Assembly: GCA_050012475.1 (NCBI GenBank)
Contig: JBEKHC010000003.1
Coordinates: 1-64,000 of the forward strand
DNA from: Candidatus Velthaea sp.
Lineage (GTDB): Bacteria > Vulcanimicrobiota > Vulcanimicrobiia > Vulcanimicrobiales > Vulcanimicrobiaceae
Reading direction: 5' to 3'
DNA length: 64,000 nt
Position numbers and translations under genes: made by a program
Shown: positions 28,840-39,419 of the stretch, piece by piece
Layout: each line of letters opens with the position of its first letter
How positions within the stretch are numbered: the first letter of the stretch is position 1
The notes under the pieces: model-generated
Database searches by the model: none
The model's input: the letters and a program-made list of their open reading frames with translations, nothing else
What the model was told of the DNA's origin: nothing

Positions 28840-29040
28840 ATGCATTACCCTGAAACAGTCGATGCAACGGCTGGCGGACTGACAGCAACATTCAGGCTGG
28901 ATTGGTACAACCGTCGTTGGACAAGTGCGGTCGAACATGAGATTGCCGACTTTCCATTTATTGCAGAGGTCTCCGGCAAACGCTACGAGATTTACAGCGA
29001 CGGCTCGTTCGATGAGGAAGAGGTTTCGTCGGAGAAGTAG
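28840..29040 (+). CDS. Small acidic hypothetical protein (66 aa)
   Basis: AGGAG RBS; candidate GGAAC-N17-CGTT promoter at 28792-28817. Confidence 0.6.
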   Translation: MHYPETVDATAGGLTATFRLDWYNRRWTSAVEHEIADFPFIAEVSGKRYEIYSDGSFDEEEVSSEK

Positions 29041-29082
29041 CAGGCGTTCGGCGCGGAACCTTAGCTACATTGGGCTTTCTGG

Positions 29083-30144
29083 CTATTTTTCTTCGTTTCG
29101 CGCGTCCCATGGCAACAACACGATCTTTCCCCCAAGGCCACCGGCGTCGATGCGTTCGTGCGCTTCGCGCGCGCCCGCCAGGGGAAGACGGTCGACGATG
29201 ACCGGATGGATCGCGCCGTCGCGTAGAAGCCCGAAAACCGTAGCCATGTCTCCTTTGAACTCGTCGGGTCGGCTCTTGCGACGGGACGTGATGCTGTAGA
29301 ACACCGCACGCCTTCCGCCGAAGAGAAACGGCAGCGTGTTCCAGAGCTGCAGCCTGGCTAAGCCGAGTCCCGCCGCGAGCAGATTCTCGCCGCCTGTCGC
29401 CATTGTCTGAGAACCGTATCCCACGAGCAGTCCCCCGGGCGCGAGGCATGCGAACGAACGTGCGAAATGCGCGCCCCCGATGGCGTCGAACACTGCGTCG
29501 CTCCCCGGGCCGTTCGCACGCTCTGCCGTGAGACGACGCACCGACTCGACGAAGTCCCCCGCGCGATAGTCGACGGCGATCGCGCCGAATCCCTCGACGG
29601 CCGGAACGTTCGCGGCTGAACACGTGCCGATGGCCGTGAGCTTCAAATGCCGCGCAAAATCGAGCAGCGCCGTGCCGACGGTGCCGGAGGCTCCGATCAC
29701 GAGGATCGCCGCCCCTGGCGCCAACCGGCGAAAACGCGTGAGCATTTGAAAAGCGGTCAAGTACGAAAGCGGGACGCACACGGCCTCGGCCGGATCGACG
29801 CCGTCGGGAACCGGCACGAGATAGCGTGCCGGCCGGATCGCATACTGCGCGTAGCCGCCGACGACACAGAGATCGGCCACGAGTGTGCCGACGGGTGGAA
29901 CGTCGACGCCCGCACCGGCTTCCTCCACGATCCCGACCAGTTCGTAGCCCGGCGTAAACGGTAACGGTCCCTTGTATTCGGGGTATCGGCCGCGCCGGAT
30001 GAACGTATCGGTAAAGCCGGTGCCCGCCGCAAGCACCTTGATCCGAACTTCACCTGGACCCGGATGCGGGATCGCATCCTGCTCCGCGAGTTCGAGCACC
30101 TCTGGCCCTCCGAAGCGGGCAACACGAATTCGTTGCCACGTCAT
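29083..30144 (-). CDS. Medium-chain dehydrogenase/reductase (Zn-independent, quinone oxidoreductase-like)
   Basis: FGGPEVL, PFTPGYELVG, GGYAQY, IGASGTVG, EAHERI...GKIVL. Confidence 0.92.
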   Translation of the reverse strand: MTWQRIRVARFGGPEVLELAEQDAIPHPGPGEVRIKVLAAGTGFTDTFIRRGRYPEYKGPLPFTPGYELVGIVEEAGAGVDVPPVGTLVADLCVVGGYAQYAIRPARYLVPVPDGVDPAEAVCVPLSYLTAFQMLTRFRRLAPGAAILVIGASGTVGTALLDFARHLKLTAIGTCSAANVPAVEGFGAIAVDYRAGDFVESVRRLTAERANGPGSDAVFDAIGGAHFARSFACLAPGGLLVGYGSQTMATGGENLLAAGLGLARLQLWNTLPFLFGGRRAVFYSITSRRKSRPDEFKGDMATVFGLLRDGAIHPVIVDRLPLAGAREAHERIDAGGLGGKIVLLPWDARNEEK

Positions 30145-30299
30145 CCGCGCGTTTGCTTACCGTAAGAGCGTGAGGTGGTTTGCGGCAGCAGAACGGCGCG
30201 CGACCCATTTCGTCGCGCCCTTACTCCGATATGCCTGCGTGTCTCTGGTGTCGTTCGTTCTCGCCTCCAGAAGCGCACCAAGAGCGCCGGCATGCCGGA

Positions 30300-30554
30300 T
30301 TACTCACTCCCGCCCTTCTTCGAGCCCGCGAGGTTCAGAAAGCCCGTGAACAGATTGCGCATCGCATCCGCGCCTTGCGGGATCGTCGCGAACCAGCTCT
30401 GGATTATCGTTTCCGGCCCAAAGGTGTCGATCGCATCGGTCAATTTCTTTTCCATCTTGGCCAGGACCGCGGCTTGCATCGGCTTCACGTCCGGAAGCCC
30501 GAGGGCTTCGCGCGCCTCCTCCGGAGTCAAGTCGACTTCCCATCGTATCTTCAT
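30300..30554 (-). CDS. DUF6489-like small protein
   Basis: MKI.WEVDLTPEEAREALGLPDVKPMQ motif. Confidence 0.8.
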   Translation of the reverse strand: MKIRWEVDLTPEEAREALGLPDVKPMQAAVLAKMEKKLTDAIDTFGPETIIQSWFATIPQGADAMRNLFTGFLNLAGSKKGGSE

Positions 30555-30873
30555 CAGGTGGAATTCCGCCACGCGCACCCGATCTCAGCTCCAAATGCCG
30601 GTTCGTGACGCGAATGTTGGTTTCGCCTCTGATTCTTCTCCGGTCACAGGCAGGCCGGAATCTAGCCAGGACAAGCTAGAACGCTGGCCGGGCGCGCAGG
30701 TGACGCCCCGCGGTCGCCGCCGATGTCTCGACCCGCGTCATGGGCTCGAGCAGACGCCCGCCGGCGATCATTCCGCCCAACCCAAGGGCGAAAGCCGCCC
30801 GGCTCTGGTCGGAATGTAATCCCGCGGATGCTCGCCGGAGTTGCCGAAGCGCTCAGCAAAGGACACCAACAGC

Positions 30874-33393
30874 ATGCGGAACATCAACAACGCTCTGTTC
30901 GATTTCGAGCCGGGAACGATGGAATCTCTCGTCGAGTTAGCCTTGGACCTTCGCAATTGTTGGGAACATACGACCGATCCGGTGTGGTCCAAGATCGAGC
31001 CGGAGTTGTGGGAGCGTACTCACAATCCGTGGGTCGTGCTGCAAACCGCCTCGCGTACCAAACTCAAGGTGCTGGAAGGCGACGCTGAGTTCGGCAACGC
31101 CGTTCGTGTGCTGCTCGACAAACAGCGGCAAGGCCTGAAAACGGACGCCTGGTTTCAGCGCGCGCACGAAAACTCGTCGCTGAGCTGCATCGCCTACTTC
31201 AGCATGGAGTTCGGACTTAGTGAAGCCCTGCCGATCTACTCCGGCGGCCTGGGAAACGTCGCCGGCGATCAACTCAAAGCGGCAAGCGATTTGGGCGTAC
31301 CCATCGTCGGGGTCGGACTGCTCTACCAACAGGGTTACTTTCGTCAGATCATCGACTCGAACGGAAACCAACAAGCGCTCTACCCTTACAACGATCCCGG
31401 CCAGTTACCGATCGTTCCCGTGCGCAACGAAGACGGCGAATGGTTCCGGCTGAGCGTCGTCTTTTCCGGACAAAAGCTTTGGCTGCGCGCTTGGCAGGCC
31501 CAGATCGGTCAGTTAAAGCTCTATTTGCTCGATAGCAACGACCCGGCCAACCCGCCCGCGTACCGCGGCATCACCAGTCAACTCTATGGCGGCGGACCGG
31601 ACCTGCGGCTGATGCAGGAAGGCGTGCTCGGCATCGGCGGTTGGCGAATGCTGCGAGCGCTGGGCATCCATCCGCAAGTCTGTCATCTCAACGAAGGCCA
31701 CGCGGCTTTTGCGGTGCTGGAACGTGCGCGAAGCTTCATGGAGGACAACGGGCAATCGTTCGACGCGTCACTGGCAGTCACGCGAGCCGGAAATGTTTTT
31801 ACCACGCATACGCCCGTCGAAGCCGGCTTCGATCGCTTCGCGCCGAGCTTGATCGGCCAATACCTCGGGCATTACGCGCACGAGCGCCTCGGCATCGATC
31901 TTGCTCAGCTCCTCGCGCTGGGGCGTGTCGTGCCTGACGATGCAAATGAACCCTTCAATATGGCGAACCTTGCGGCGCGCGGCAGTGGGAGAATCAACGG
32001 CGTCAGCCGTTTGCACGGCGAGGTAAGTCGACGGATTTTTCGAGGTCTCTTTCCGCGCTGGCCTCAGGCAGAAGTCCCGATCGGCTCTGTCACCAACGGC
32101 GTGCACGCTCCGACTTGGGATTCGCAGGCTGCCGATGCACTGTGGACGGAGGCCGGTGGTCCCGATCGGTGGCGCGGCACTTTGGAGACCGTCGGCGATG
32201 ATATACGGCGCGCGGCGGACGGAGCGCTATGGCAGCTTCGCGCGTCCAACCGTCTTGAATTGCTGCGTTTCGTGCGGGAGCGCCTCGCCATCGAGCTTGC
32301 CGCCCGCGGCGCAGACCCGAAAAGCGCAGCGAGCGTATTCGACCCAAACACCTTGACGCTGGGTTTCGCCCGCCGATTTGCTACATACAAACGCCCAAAC
32401 CTGCTCCTGCATGACCCGGAGCGGCTCGTCCGCATTTTGACCAACCCCGAACGTCCCGTTCAGCTGGTGATTGCCGGCAAGGCTCATCCGCAAGACGGCG
32501 CAGGTCAAGCGATGGTAAAAGCTTGGGTTGAGTTCGTTCAGCGTCCCGATGTGCGACGTCACGCCGTCTTCCTCAGCGATTACGACTTAGTCCTGGCCGA
32601 GCGGCTCGTACAGGGCGCTGATCTCTGGGTCAACACTCCTCGCCGGCCCTGGGAAGCCTGCGGCACGAGCGGCATGAAAGTGCTTGTAAACGGCGGCCTT
32701 AATTTATCGGAACTCGACGGTTGGTGGGCCGAAGCATATACGCCGACAGTCGGTTGGGCACTGGGCGATGGTAAGGAACATGCCGACGAGTCGGCCTGGG
32801 ATTTGGCCGAAACCGAACAGCTCTACGATATCCTCGAAAAGGAGGTCATCCCGGCGTTCTACCGCCGTGACAACAACGGCATCGCTACGGAATGGGTCGC
32901 GCGAATCCGCGAAAGCATGTCACACTTGGCACCGCAGTTTTCGGCAAATCGAGCGGTCCGCGAGTACACGGAGCAGCATTATCTGCCGGCCGCCGCGGCG
33001 TTTGGTGCGCGCGCAAGCGATCGGGGCTCCTATGGCAGATTGCTGCTGGAATGGAAACAAGCCTTGGCCGACCACTGGGCGTCACTGAAATTCGGCGCAC
33101 TTCGCCTCGAGAGTTCTTCGCAGCGACACGCTGTTCAAGTTGAGGTTCGTCTGGGGGACCTGCGTGCCGACGATGTGCGCCTACAGGTCTACGCAGATCC
33201 GCTCAACGGCGAGCCGCCATTCGTAGCGGAAATGACGCCGAGCAAGGGCGTCGAACCTGCTAACGGCTGGCATCTTTACGCCGCAGATGTTCCCGCTTCG
33301 CGCCCGTTGTCGGACTACACACCTCGCATCATACCGTCGTATTCTGGAGCGAAGGTGCCGCTCGAGGATGGTCACATCCTTTGGTACCGCTAG
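30874..33393 (+). CDS. glgP: Alpha-glucan (glycogen/maltodextrin) phosphorylase
   Basis: AYFSMEFG, YSGGLG, HLNEGH, FTTHTP, FARRFATYKR, EACGTSGMK, LDGWW. Confidence 0.95.
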   Translation: MRNINNALFDFEPGTMESLVELALDLRNCWEHTTDPVWSKIEPELWERTHNPWVVLQTASRTKLKVLEGDAEFGNAVRVLLDKQRQGLKTDAWFQRAHENSSLSCIAYFSMEFGLSEALPIYSGGLGNVAGDQLKAASDLGVPIVGVGLLYQQGYFRQIIDSNGNQQALYPYNDPGQLPIVPVRNEDGEWFRLSVVFSGQKLWLRAWQAQIGQLKLYLLDSNDPANPPAYRGITSQLYGGGPDLRLMQEGVLGIGGWRMLRALGIHPQVCHLNEGHAAFAVLERARSFMEDNGQSFDASLAVTRAGNVFTTHTPVEAGFDRFAPSLIGQYLGHYAHERLGIDLAQLLALGRVVPDDANEPFNMANLAARGSGRINGVSRLHGEVSRRIFRGLFPRWPQAEVPIGSVTNGVHAPTWDSQAADALWTEAGGPDRWRGTLETVGDDIRRAADGALWQLRASNRLELLRFVRERLAIELAARGADPKSAASVFDPNTLTLGFARRFATYKRPNLLLHDPERLVRILTNPERPVQLVIAGKAHPQDGAGQAMVKAWVEFVQRPDVRRHAVFLSDYDLVLAERLVQGADLWVNTPRRPWEACGTSGMKVLVNGGLNLSELDGWWAEAYTPTVGWALGDGKEHADESAWDLAETEQLYDILEKEVIPAFYRRDNNGIATEWVARIRESMSHLAPQFSANRAVREYTEQHYLPAAAAFGARASDRGSYGRLLLEWKQALADHWASLKFGALRLESSSQRHAVQVEVRLGDLRADDVRLQVYADPLNGEPPFVAEMTPSKGVEPANGWHLYAADVPASRPLSDYTPRIIPSYSGAKVPLEDGHILWYR

Positions 33394-33579
33394 GTCTGGA
33401 GTTCGTCTAGTCTGCGCGTCCCGGCCGCCGTGGTGGTAAAAATGAGCGAGGCGGTTCGAGCTCTCGGCCGCGTCCTGACGGCATCGCGAATGACGAACTG
33501 TCACGCGATCGCACTGCAGGAAAGGCCTCGTGGCGCTTGTTTCCGAGCCGATCGAACCGGCACATTCCGCCGCACGCGA

Positions 33580-33843
33580 TTACCAGGGGGCGCGATCTGC
33601 ACTTGCCGTGCTTTCGAGGCGATGCACCTCCGCTTGGAGGCGATGCACGTCTTCTTTGAGCGAGCTGATCTCGCCCTCGAGTCGATAGAAACCTTGCTTT
33701 GTACTGCTCGTCAGCACATCGATCAAACGAACGAGGTCTCCCAACGTTAACGCGACACCGGCGGATAGCGATCCGCCGCGCGCCAGCTCCTCCACGGCCG
33801 AACGCGCTGCCGCCACCTCATCCTCAAAACTCCCGTCCATCAT
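33580..33843 (-). CDS. Small coiled-coil hypothetical protein (87 aa)
   Basis: GAGG RBS before ATGATG; heptad tail LEGEISSLKEDVHRLQAEVHRLE. Confidence 0.55.
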   Translation of the reverse strand: MMDGSFEDEVAAARSAVEELARGGSLSAGVALTLGDLVRLIDVLTSSTKQGFYRLEGEISSLKEDVHRLQAEVHRLESTASADRAPW

Positions 33844-33977
33844 TCGACCTCTTTTCGTTGAATGTGCCCTCAAGCCGCGTCCTGTGACTTGAGCTGGGTT
33901 CGCCCCGCCGGCGCTCTTTGCAACTCGGACGCTTGCTACAACCCGCTGATGACGCAACCGTCGTTCCTTTTGGTGCA

Positions 33978-35087
33978 CTAGCGCAATTGTGAGCGGTAGC
34001 GCGTCGCGCTGATTCCCATCGCGACCACGGCAAAGGCGAGGAGAGCCAGGACGTTGGGCCAGATGACGTCGAGGCCCGCACCCTTGAGCAGGATGTCGCG
34101 CACGATCGTAATGTAGTGACGCAGGGGATTGACCAACGAGATGGTCCGCCAGAACGGCGGCATGCTTTCGATCGGAGCGAACGCACCCGAAAGCATCATC
34201 AACGGCAGCGCGGTGAAGAGCGAAATGAGCACGACCTGCTGCTGGGTGGCCGCAAACGTCGAGATGAGCATCCCGATCGCGATTGCCGCAACGATATAGA
34301 GCGACGAAATTGCTAAAAACAAGATCAAGTCGCCCCGGAACGGCAGTCCGAAGATCAGGCGCGAGAGGGCGATCGAGGCCAACAGCGCAACGAGAAAAAG
34401 GATGAACAGGGGTGCGATCTTCGCCAAGAGCACCTCGAGTGACGACGCCGGCGTCATGAGCAGCTGCTCGAGCGTTCCCTCGTCTTTTTCGCGCACGCTC
34501 TGCGAGCTCGAGGCTAAGATTCCGGTAATCATCAAGATCGCGCCGAGCAACCCAGGCACGAAGAACCACGCCGTAACCAGGCCCGGATTGTAGGCGAAGG
34601 TGATCTGCGGCGCGAGCGGCGGCGGGGGTTCGCCCCGTGCGTTGTACGCTTGAACGATCAAGCTTGCATAACCGGCACCGACGTTCCCGACGAAGCTGTT
34701 CACCCCGTCGAGCACCAGTTGCACCTGGCCCGACGCGCCGCGGGCAGCGCTGCGCGCGTAGTCAGCTGGAATAACGAGCGCCGCATCGACCGTACCGCTC
34801 TGGACCGCCCGATACGCGTTCGCTGTATTGTCAGCCTCGCCGTGCGGTACGAAGACACCGTTGGCGGTGAAGGCGTCGATGAGCTCGCGGCTGGCCGGGC
34901 TCTTGGATTCGTCCGCCACGGCGAACGTGAGGTGTTTGACCAGCGGACTCATGGCGTAGCCCAAGATCGTGACCTGCACGATCGGCGGAAAGAGCAGGAT
35001 GTAGAGGACCTGCCGATTGCCCAGGATCTGGACGAACTCTTTGCGCAGGAGCACCAGCAGACGTCGCCATGAAAGCAGGCTGCTCAC
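33978..35087 (-). CDS. ABC-2 type exporter permease (YbhR-like)
   Basis: LLRKEFVQI, FAYNPG, VREKDEGTLEQLLMTP, PIESMP, NPLRHY. Confidence 0.92.
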   Translation of the reverse strand: MSSLLSWRRLLVLLRKEFVQILGNRQVLYILLFPPIVQVTILGYAMSPLVKHLTFAVADESKSPASRELIDAFTANGVFVPHGEADNTANAYRAVQSGTVDAALVIPADYARSAARGASGQVQLVLDGVNSFVGNVGAGYASLIVQAYNARGEPPPPLAPQITFAYNPGLVTAWFFVPGLLGAILMITGILASSSQSVREKDEGTLEQLLMTPASSLEVLLAKIAPLFILFLVALLASIALSRLIFGLPFRGDLILFLAISSLYIVAAIAIGMLISTFAATQQQVVLISLFTALPLMMLSGAFAPIESMPPFWRTISLVNPLRHYITIVRDILLKGAGLDVIWPNVLALLAFAVVAMGISATRYRSQLR

Positions 35088-35089
35088 CG

Positions 35090-36214
35090 TCAGTCCGTCA
35101 TCTGCATGCGGCGCATCGGCAGCCACGCGCCGACCGCTAGGACCGACGCGATGAGCACCAGCGACAGCAGTTCGCTCCACACGCTCGGCCAACCGGCGCC
35201 GCGCACGAACGCATCGCGGGTGATGTTGATGTAATGGCGCGTCGGAACGATGTAGGAGAGCCATTGGAAGAACAGCGGCATCGCGAACACCGGATACATG
35301 AACCCGCTCAAAAGGACCGCCAACAATGAATTGACCGTACCGGAGGCTTGGATCGCCGACGTTACCGTGCTGGTCCCCGCACCGATGAATAAACCCAAAA
35401 GCACCTGGCAGCAGACCAGCAGCGGCGTCCCGATCAACAGCGGTAGCGGGTCGCCGGCAAAGTGCACGCCCCAGACCGCGAAGCCGATTGCCATGATCGC
35501 GAGCGCTTCGGCGAGACCGATGAGTTCGAGCGCGAGACACTTGCCGGCGATCAGTTCGGAAGCGCGCAGGCGCGACGCGTAGGCTTGAACGATCGTCCCG
35601 CGTTCCTTGTCGCGCACCATCGCGATGGCCGCGAGCAAGGTCGGATAGATCGCCAGGATCACGGCATAGACGCCGGGGACGATGAAGAGTGCTTCGTTGC
35701 CGCCCGGGTTGAACCAAATGCGCTCGTGCAGCGCAACCCTCGCCGGACCGAACGATGCAAGGGACGGCGGTGCGTACGTCGCCCCGACGAAGGCGCTCGT
35801 CGCGGTGAGAATCTGCTTGATCGTCAGCGCGTTCACGACGTCGGTCGCGTCGACGAGACTCTGGATTTGCGCCGCGCGTCCCTGCGCGATGGCGCGCTGC
35901 GTTCCCGGCGGGATCACGATCGATGCGCGCACGTTCCCGAATTGCAGGAGCGCCGTGGGCGAGCGGTCGAGCGGCTCCGGGATCGCAACGAGTTCTTGAC
36001 TGGCGTCGATGCGCGCGATGAAGTCGCGGCTGAACGGAGAACGATCGAAGTCCTGAACCGCGACCGGAATGTTCTTGATCTGCAGTCGGATTGCCAGGCC
36101 GAAGATGAGCAGCATCGCGACCGGCAGCGCAAAGGCAAGCGCAACGGTCAGGCGGTCACGGCGAAATTCGACCAACTCCTTGACACACTGAACCCACACG
36201 CGCCGCAGATTCAT
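35090..36214 (-). CDS. ABC-2 type exporter permease (YbhS-like)
   Basis: KEL..FRRD, WFNPG, VRDKERGT, LLSGF.YP; ATGA overlap. Confidence 0.92.
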   Translation of the reverse strand: MNLRRVWVQCVKELVEFRRDRLTVALAFALPVAMLLIFGLAIRLQIKNIPVAVQDFDRSPFSRDFIARIDASQELVAIPEPLDRSPTALLQFGNVRASIVIPPGTQRAIAQGRAAQIQSLVDATDVVNALTIKQILTATSAFVGATYAPPSLASFGPARVALHERIWFNPGGNEALFIVPGVYAVILAIYPTLLAAIAMVRDKERGTIVQAYASRLRASELIAGKCLALELIGLAEALAIMAIGFAVWGVHFAGDPLPLLIGTPLLVCCQVLLGLFIGAGTSTVTSAIQASGTVNSLLAVLLSGFMYPVFAMPLFFQWLSYIVPTRHYINITRDAFVRGAGWPSVWSELLSLVLIASVLAVGAWLPMRRMQMTD

Positions 36215-38115
36215 GCAGCGGTCCCGCGCTCGATCGTCCCGATGAATGCATCCTCGAGGGAGAACGGCAGCGGACGGGTCTGCGCGACTTTGACGCCGGC
36301 CGCGCGCAGTGCCTCCGTGGCTTGCTCGAGGTCGCCTTCGTCGATCGCAATGAGATGCAGCCGCGTCCCGAAGAGTGCCACGCGCCAAGCGGCGAAACGC
36401 TGTTCCAGGGCGGCAGCGGCGCGCTCCGGTTCATCCGTGGTGAGCTCGAACAGACGACCGGGCTGCGCGGCCTTGATCGCGGTCGGCGAACCTTCCGTCA
36501 CCATGCGCCCGGCCGACATGAAGCAGAGCCGTTGGCAATGCTCGGCTTCTTCCAAGTAGTGTGTCGTGACGAGAATCGCCGTTCCGGCGCGAGAGCGCTC
36601 GTCGATCAGGCGCCAAAACTGGCGCCGCGCGAGCGGATCGACGCCCGACGTCGGTTCGTCGAGAAACAGGATCTCGGGATCGTGCATCACGGCCGCGCCG
36701 AACGCGACCCGCTGCTTCCACCCGCCGGGCAATTTCGCGGTAAGGAGCCCTTCGCGCCCGCGCAATCCCGAACTCTCGAGCACCCACGCGATGCGCGCGT
36801 CCCGCTCGCTCGACTGCAGCCCGTAGATGCCGGCATAGAAGCGCAGGTTCTCGATGATCGACAGATCGTCGTAGAGCGTGAATTTCTGACTCATATAGCC
36901 GATCCGCCGTCGGAGGGACGCGGAACGTAAATTGCCGGTTTGCCCGGCGAGCGCTATCGTGCCGGACGTCGGCGCGAGTAGGCCGCAGAGCATCTTGATG
37001 ATCGTCGTCTTGCCCGCACCGTTCGCGCCGAGGAGTCCGTAAATCTCGCCATAGCCCACCTTGAGCGTTACTCCGTCAACGGCGCGAAAGGCCCCGAACT
37101 CCTTTGTCAGGCCGTGCGCGTCGATCGCGAGCGCTCCGTCTTCGATACGCGGGGGTGCGGTCGCCGGAAACGGCAGGTACGGTGCCCCCGAGCCGAGTTC
37201 GCGTAAGCGAGCGACGAAGACGTTTTCGAGATTCGGCGCCTCATCGTCGATGGACGTTACGCTGACGGCCGCGGCCGCGAGCACCGAGCGAATCACGCGC
37301 TCGCCGTCGTGCGCGTCGTGGACGAGCGCATCGAGGCGGTCGCCGAAGGATTGGACGTCGACGATCTCCGCGTGGGCGTCTTCGAGCGTGCGTTCGGCGG
37401 CACCGATATCGCCGGCGCGAATCTCGAGACGCCGGCACTTTAGCTGCGCCTCGAGTTCGACCGGGGTTCCCAAGTCGCGGATCGTGCCGTCATAGAGCAA
37501 CGCGACGCGATGACAGCGCTCGGCTTCGTCGAGATACGGCGTAGCGACGACGATCGTGACATCGCTCGACGCAAGCCGGGTAAGGACGCTCCAGAACTCG
37601 CGCCGCGAAAGGGGATCGACACCGACGGTAGGCTCATCGAGCAGCAGGATCCGCGGTTCGCTGATGAGCGCGCAGCACAATGCGAGCTTTTGCTTCATCC
37701 CGCCGGAGAGCCGGCCCGCAAGGCGGTCGCCGATACCCGCCAGGTCCATCAACGCTAGGTAGCGCTCGCGGCGTTCGCTGAACGCGTCGGCCGCCACGTC
37801 ACGCAATCCGGCAAGATAGCGCAGATTTTCGTCGATGCTGAGGTCGTCGAACAGCGAGAATTGCTGCGTGAGATAGCCCACGTTCAAGCGGGCGGCGCGC
37901 GGCGGCTGGCCCAGGAGCGAGACGTCGCCGGAGGTTGGTTCGAGAATCCCGGCGAGCACGTTGAAGGTCGTCGTTTTACCCGCGCCGTCGGGCCCGATGA
38001 GACCGAAGATCTCGCCGTGCCGAACCTCGAAATCGATGCCGCGCACCGCTTCGATTTCACCGTAGCGCTTTGTCAAGCCGCGCACGCGCACGTCGATCGC
38101 CGGTGCCGCGATCAC
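36211..38115 (-). CDS. ABC transporter ATP-binding protein with two ATPase domains (YbhF-like)
   Basis: GPDGAGKT / LSGG / LLDEPT and GANGAGKT / FLDEPT. Confidence 0.95.
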   Translation of the reverse strand: MIAAPAIDVRVRGLTKRYGEIEAVRGIDFEVRHGEIFGLIGPDGAGKTTTFNVLAGILEPTSGDVSLLGQPPRAARLNVGYLTQQFSLFDDLSIDENLRYLAGLRDVAADAFSERRERYLALMDLAGIGDRLAGRLSGGMKQKLALCCALISEPRILLLDEPTVGVDPLSRREFWSVLTRLASSDVTIVVATPYLDEAERCHRVALLYDGTIRDLGTPVELEAQLKCRRLEIRAGDIGAAERTLEDAHAEIVDVQSFGDRLDALVHDAHDGERVIRSVLAAAAVSVTSIDDEAPNLENVFVARLRELGSGAPYLPFPATAPPRIEDGALAIDAHGLTKEFGAFRAVDGVTLKVGYGEIYGLLGANGAGKTTIIKMLCGLLAPTSGTIALAGQTGNLRSASLRRRIGYMSQKFTLYDDLSIIENLRFYAGIYGLQSSERDARIAWVLESSGLRGREGLLTAKLPGGWKQRVAFGAAVMHDPEILFLDEPTSGVDPLARRQFWRLIDERSRAGTAILVTTHYLEEAEHCQRLCFMSAGRMVTEGSPTAIKAAQPGRLFELTTDEPERAAAALEQRFAAWRVALFGTRLHLIAIDEGDLEQATEALRAAGVKVAQTRPLPFSLEDAFIGTIERGTAA

Positions 38116-39419
38116 GACGGCGCGATGTCGATTTGGGCGTCGGCAGGCATCCCCGGCTTCGCGCTGCCGCGCGGCGCACGCAGGTCGAGCTTCACGCCGA
38201 AGACTTGCTCCACGCGGTCTTGCTTGAAGTAGATGTTCTCCGGCGTGAACGACGCTTGCGCGTCGATTTCGCCGACGCGCGCGTCGAGCGGATGATTCGG
38301 GTCGGAGTCGAGGATCACGTGCGCCGATTGCCCGACGCGCACGTGACCGATGTCACCTTCGGGCACGTATCCACGTAAGTACACGTGATTCAAATCGACC
38401 ACCGAGAGCAGCGTTTGTCCCGGCGCGACCACCATGCCCGGCTCGATCGCGCGCGCGATGACGGTGCCGTCGCTCGCCGCGCGAACGTGCAGATCGTCCA
38501 GCGCGGCTTGTGCCGCCTGATGCGTTGCGCGCGCTTGACGCGCGTCGGCCCGTGCGGCGGCGATCTGCGCCTGCGCTTGACGCTGCTGCCGTTCGAGCGT
38601 GACGACTTGCGCCGCATGAATCGGTCCGTTGAACGCCGTGGTCTGCGCAAGAGCGAGTGCAGCCGTTGCCGCCGAGCCGTTCTGCACCGCGGCGGCCAGC
38701 GCTGCGCGTTGTTGTTCAACCGCGGCAGCGGCGGTGCGAGACATCGTGTCGGCTTGCTGTGCGCTTTGCAGCGAGATGTCGCCCGTCCGGCTCAACGCGT
38801 CGTAGCGCACGCGATCGGCATTCGCCAGTCCGAGACTCGCCTGAGCCTGTCGGACTGCGGCAGCTGCTTGCGCTGCTTGCGCTTGTGCGGCCGCGACGTT
38901 CGCTCGCGCCTGCGCGAGGCGTCCGTTCGTGTCCGCCATCGCCTGTTCGCCGCCGAGTGCGGTTTCGTGGATTTGGCTTGCCAAAACCGCCAACGTCGCT
39001 TGACTCTGCCGAGCCCGGTCCTCGGCCGCCGCCACGGCCGCTGCCGCGGCCGCCGTCTGGGCCCGAGCCTGCGCATCGTCGAGCCGCACCAGGACCTGGC
39101 CGGCGCGAACGAGGGCGCCTTCACGCACCGCAACCCACACGACGCGCCCGCCGACCTTCGCGCCAAGATCGCTCTGATAGCCCTCAAGCCGGCCGCTCAA
39201 CGGCAGTTGCGTCGACGGCGGAGCCGGCCACAGCGCACGCACGGCGAGGAGCACGGCACCGGCCATCACCACGAATACGACCGCCAGTACGACGAAAACG
39301 CGCCGGGACCAGCGACGCGGTTTCGCGACCGGCACCGGCTCCGCCGATTTTGGCGGCGTAAGCGCTTGCGGTGCCGCGGACGGCGTCGGCGGAGCGGTCG
39401 TATTTCCCGCAGCCATCAC
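38112..39419 (-). CDS. HlyD-family membrane fusion protein (YbhG-like)
   Basis: N-terminal TM, lipoyl motif VREGALVRAGQ, Ala/Gln coiled coil, ASFTPENI, KPGMPAD. Confidence 0.92.
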   Translation of the reverse strand: MMAAGNTTAPPTPSAAPQALTPPKSAEPVPVAKPRRWSRRVFVVLAVVFVVMAGAVLLAVRALWPAPPSTQLPLSGRLEGYQSDLGAKVGGRVVWVAVREGALVRAGQVLVRLDDAQARAQTAAAAAAVAAAEDRARQSQATLAVLASQIHETALGGEQAMADTNGRLAQARANVAAAQAQAAQAAAAVRQAQASLGLANADRVRYDALSRTGDISLQSAQQADTMSRTAAAAVEQQRAALAAAVQNGSAATAALALAQTTAFNGPIHAAQVVTLERQQRQAQAQIAAARADARQARATHQAAQAALDDLHVRAASDGTVIARAIEPGMVVAPGQTLLSVVDLNHVYLRGYVPEGDIGHVRVGQSAHVILDSDPNHPLDARVGEIDAQASFTPENIYFKQDRVEQVFGVKLDLRAPRGSAKPGMPADAQIDIAPS

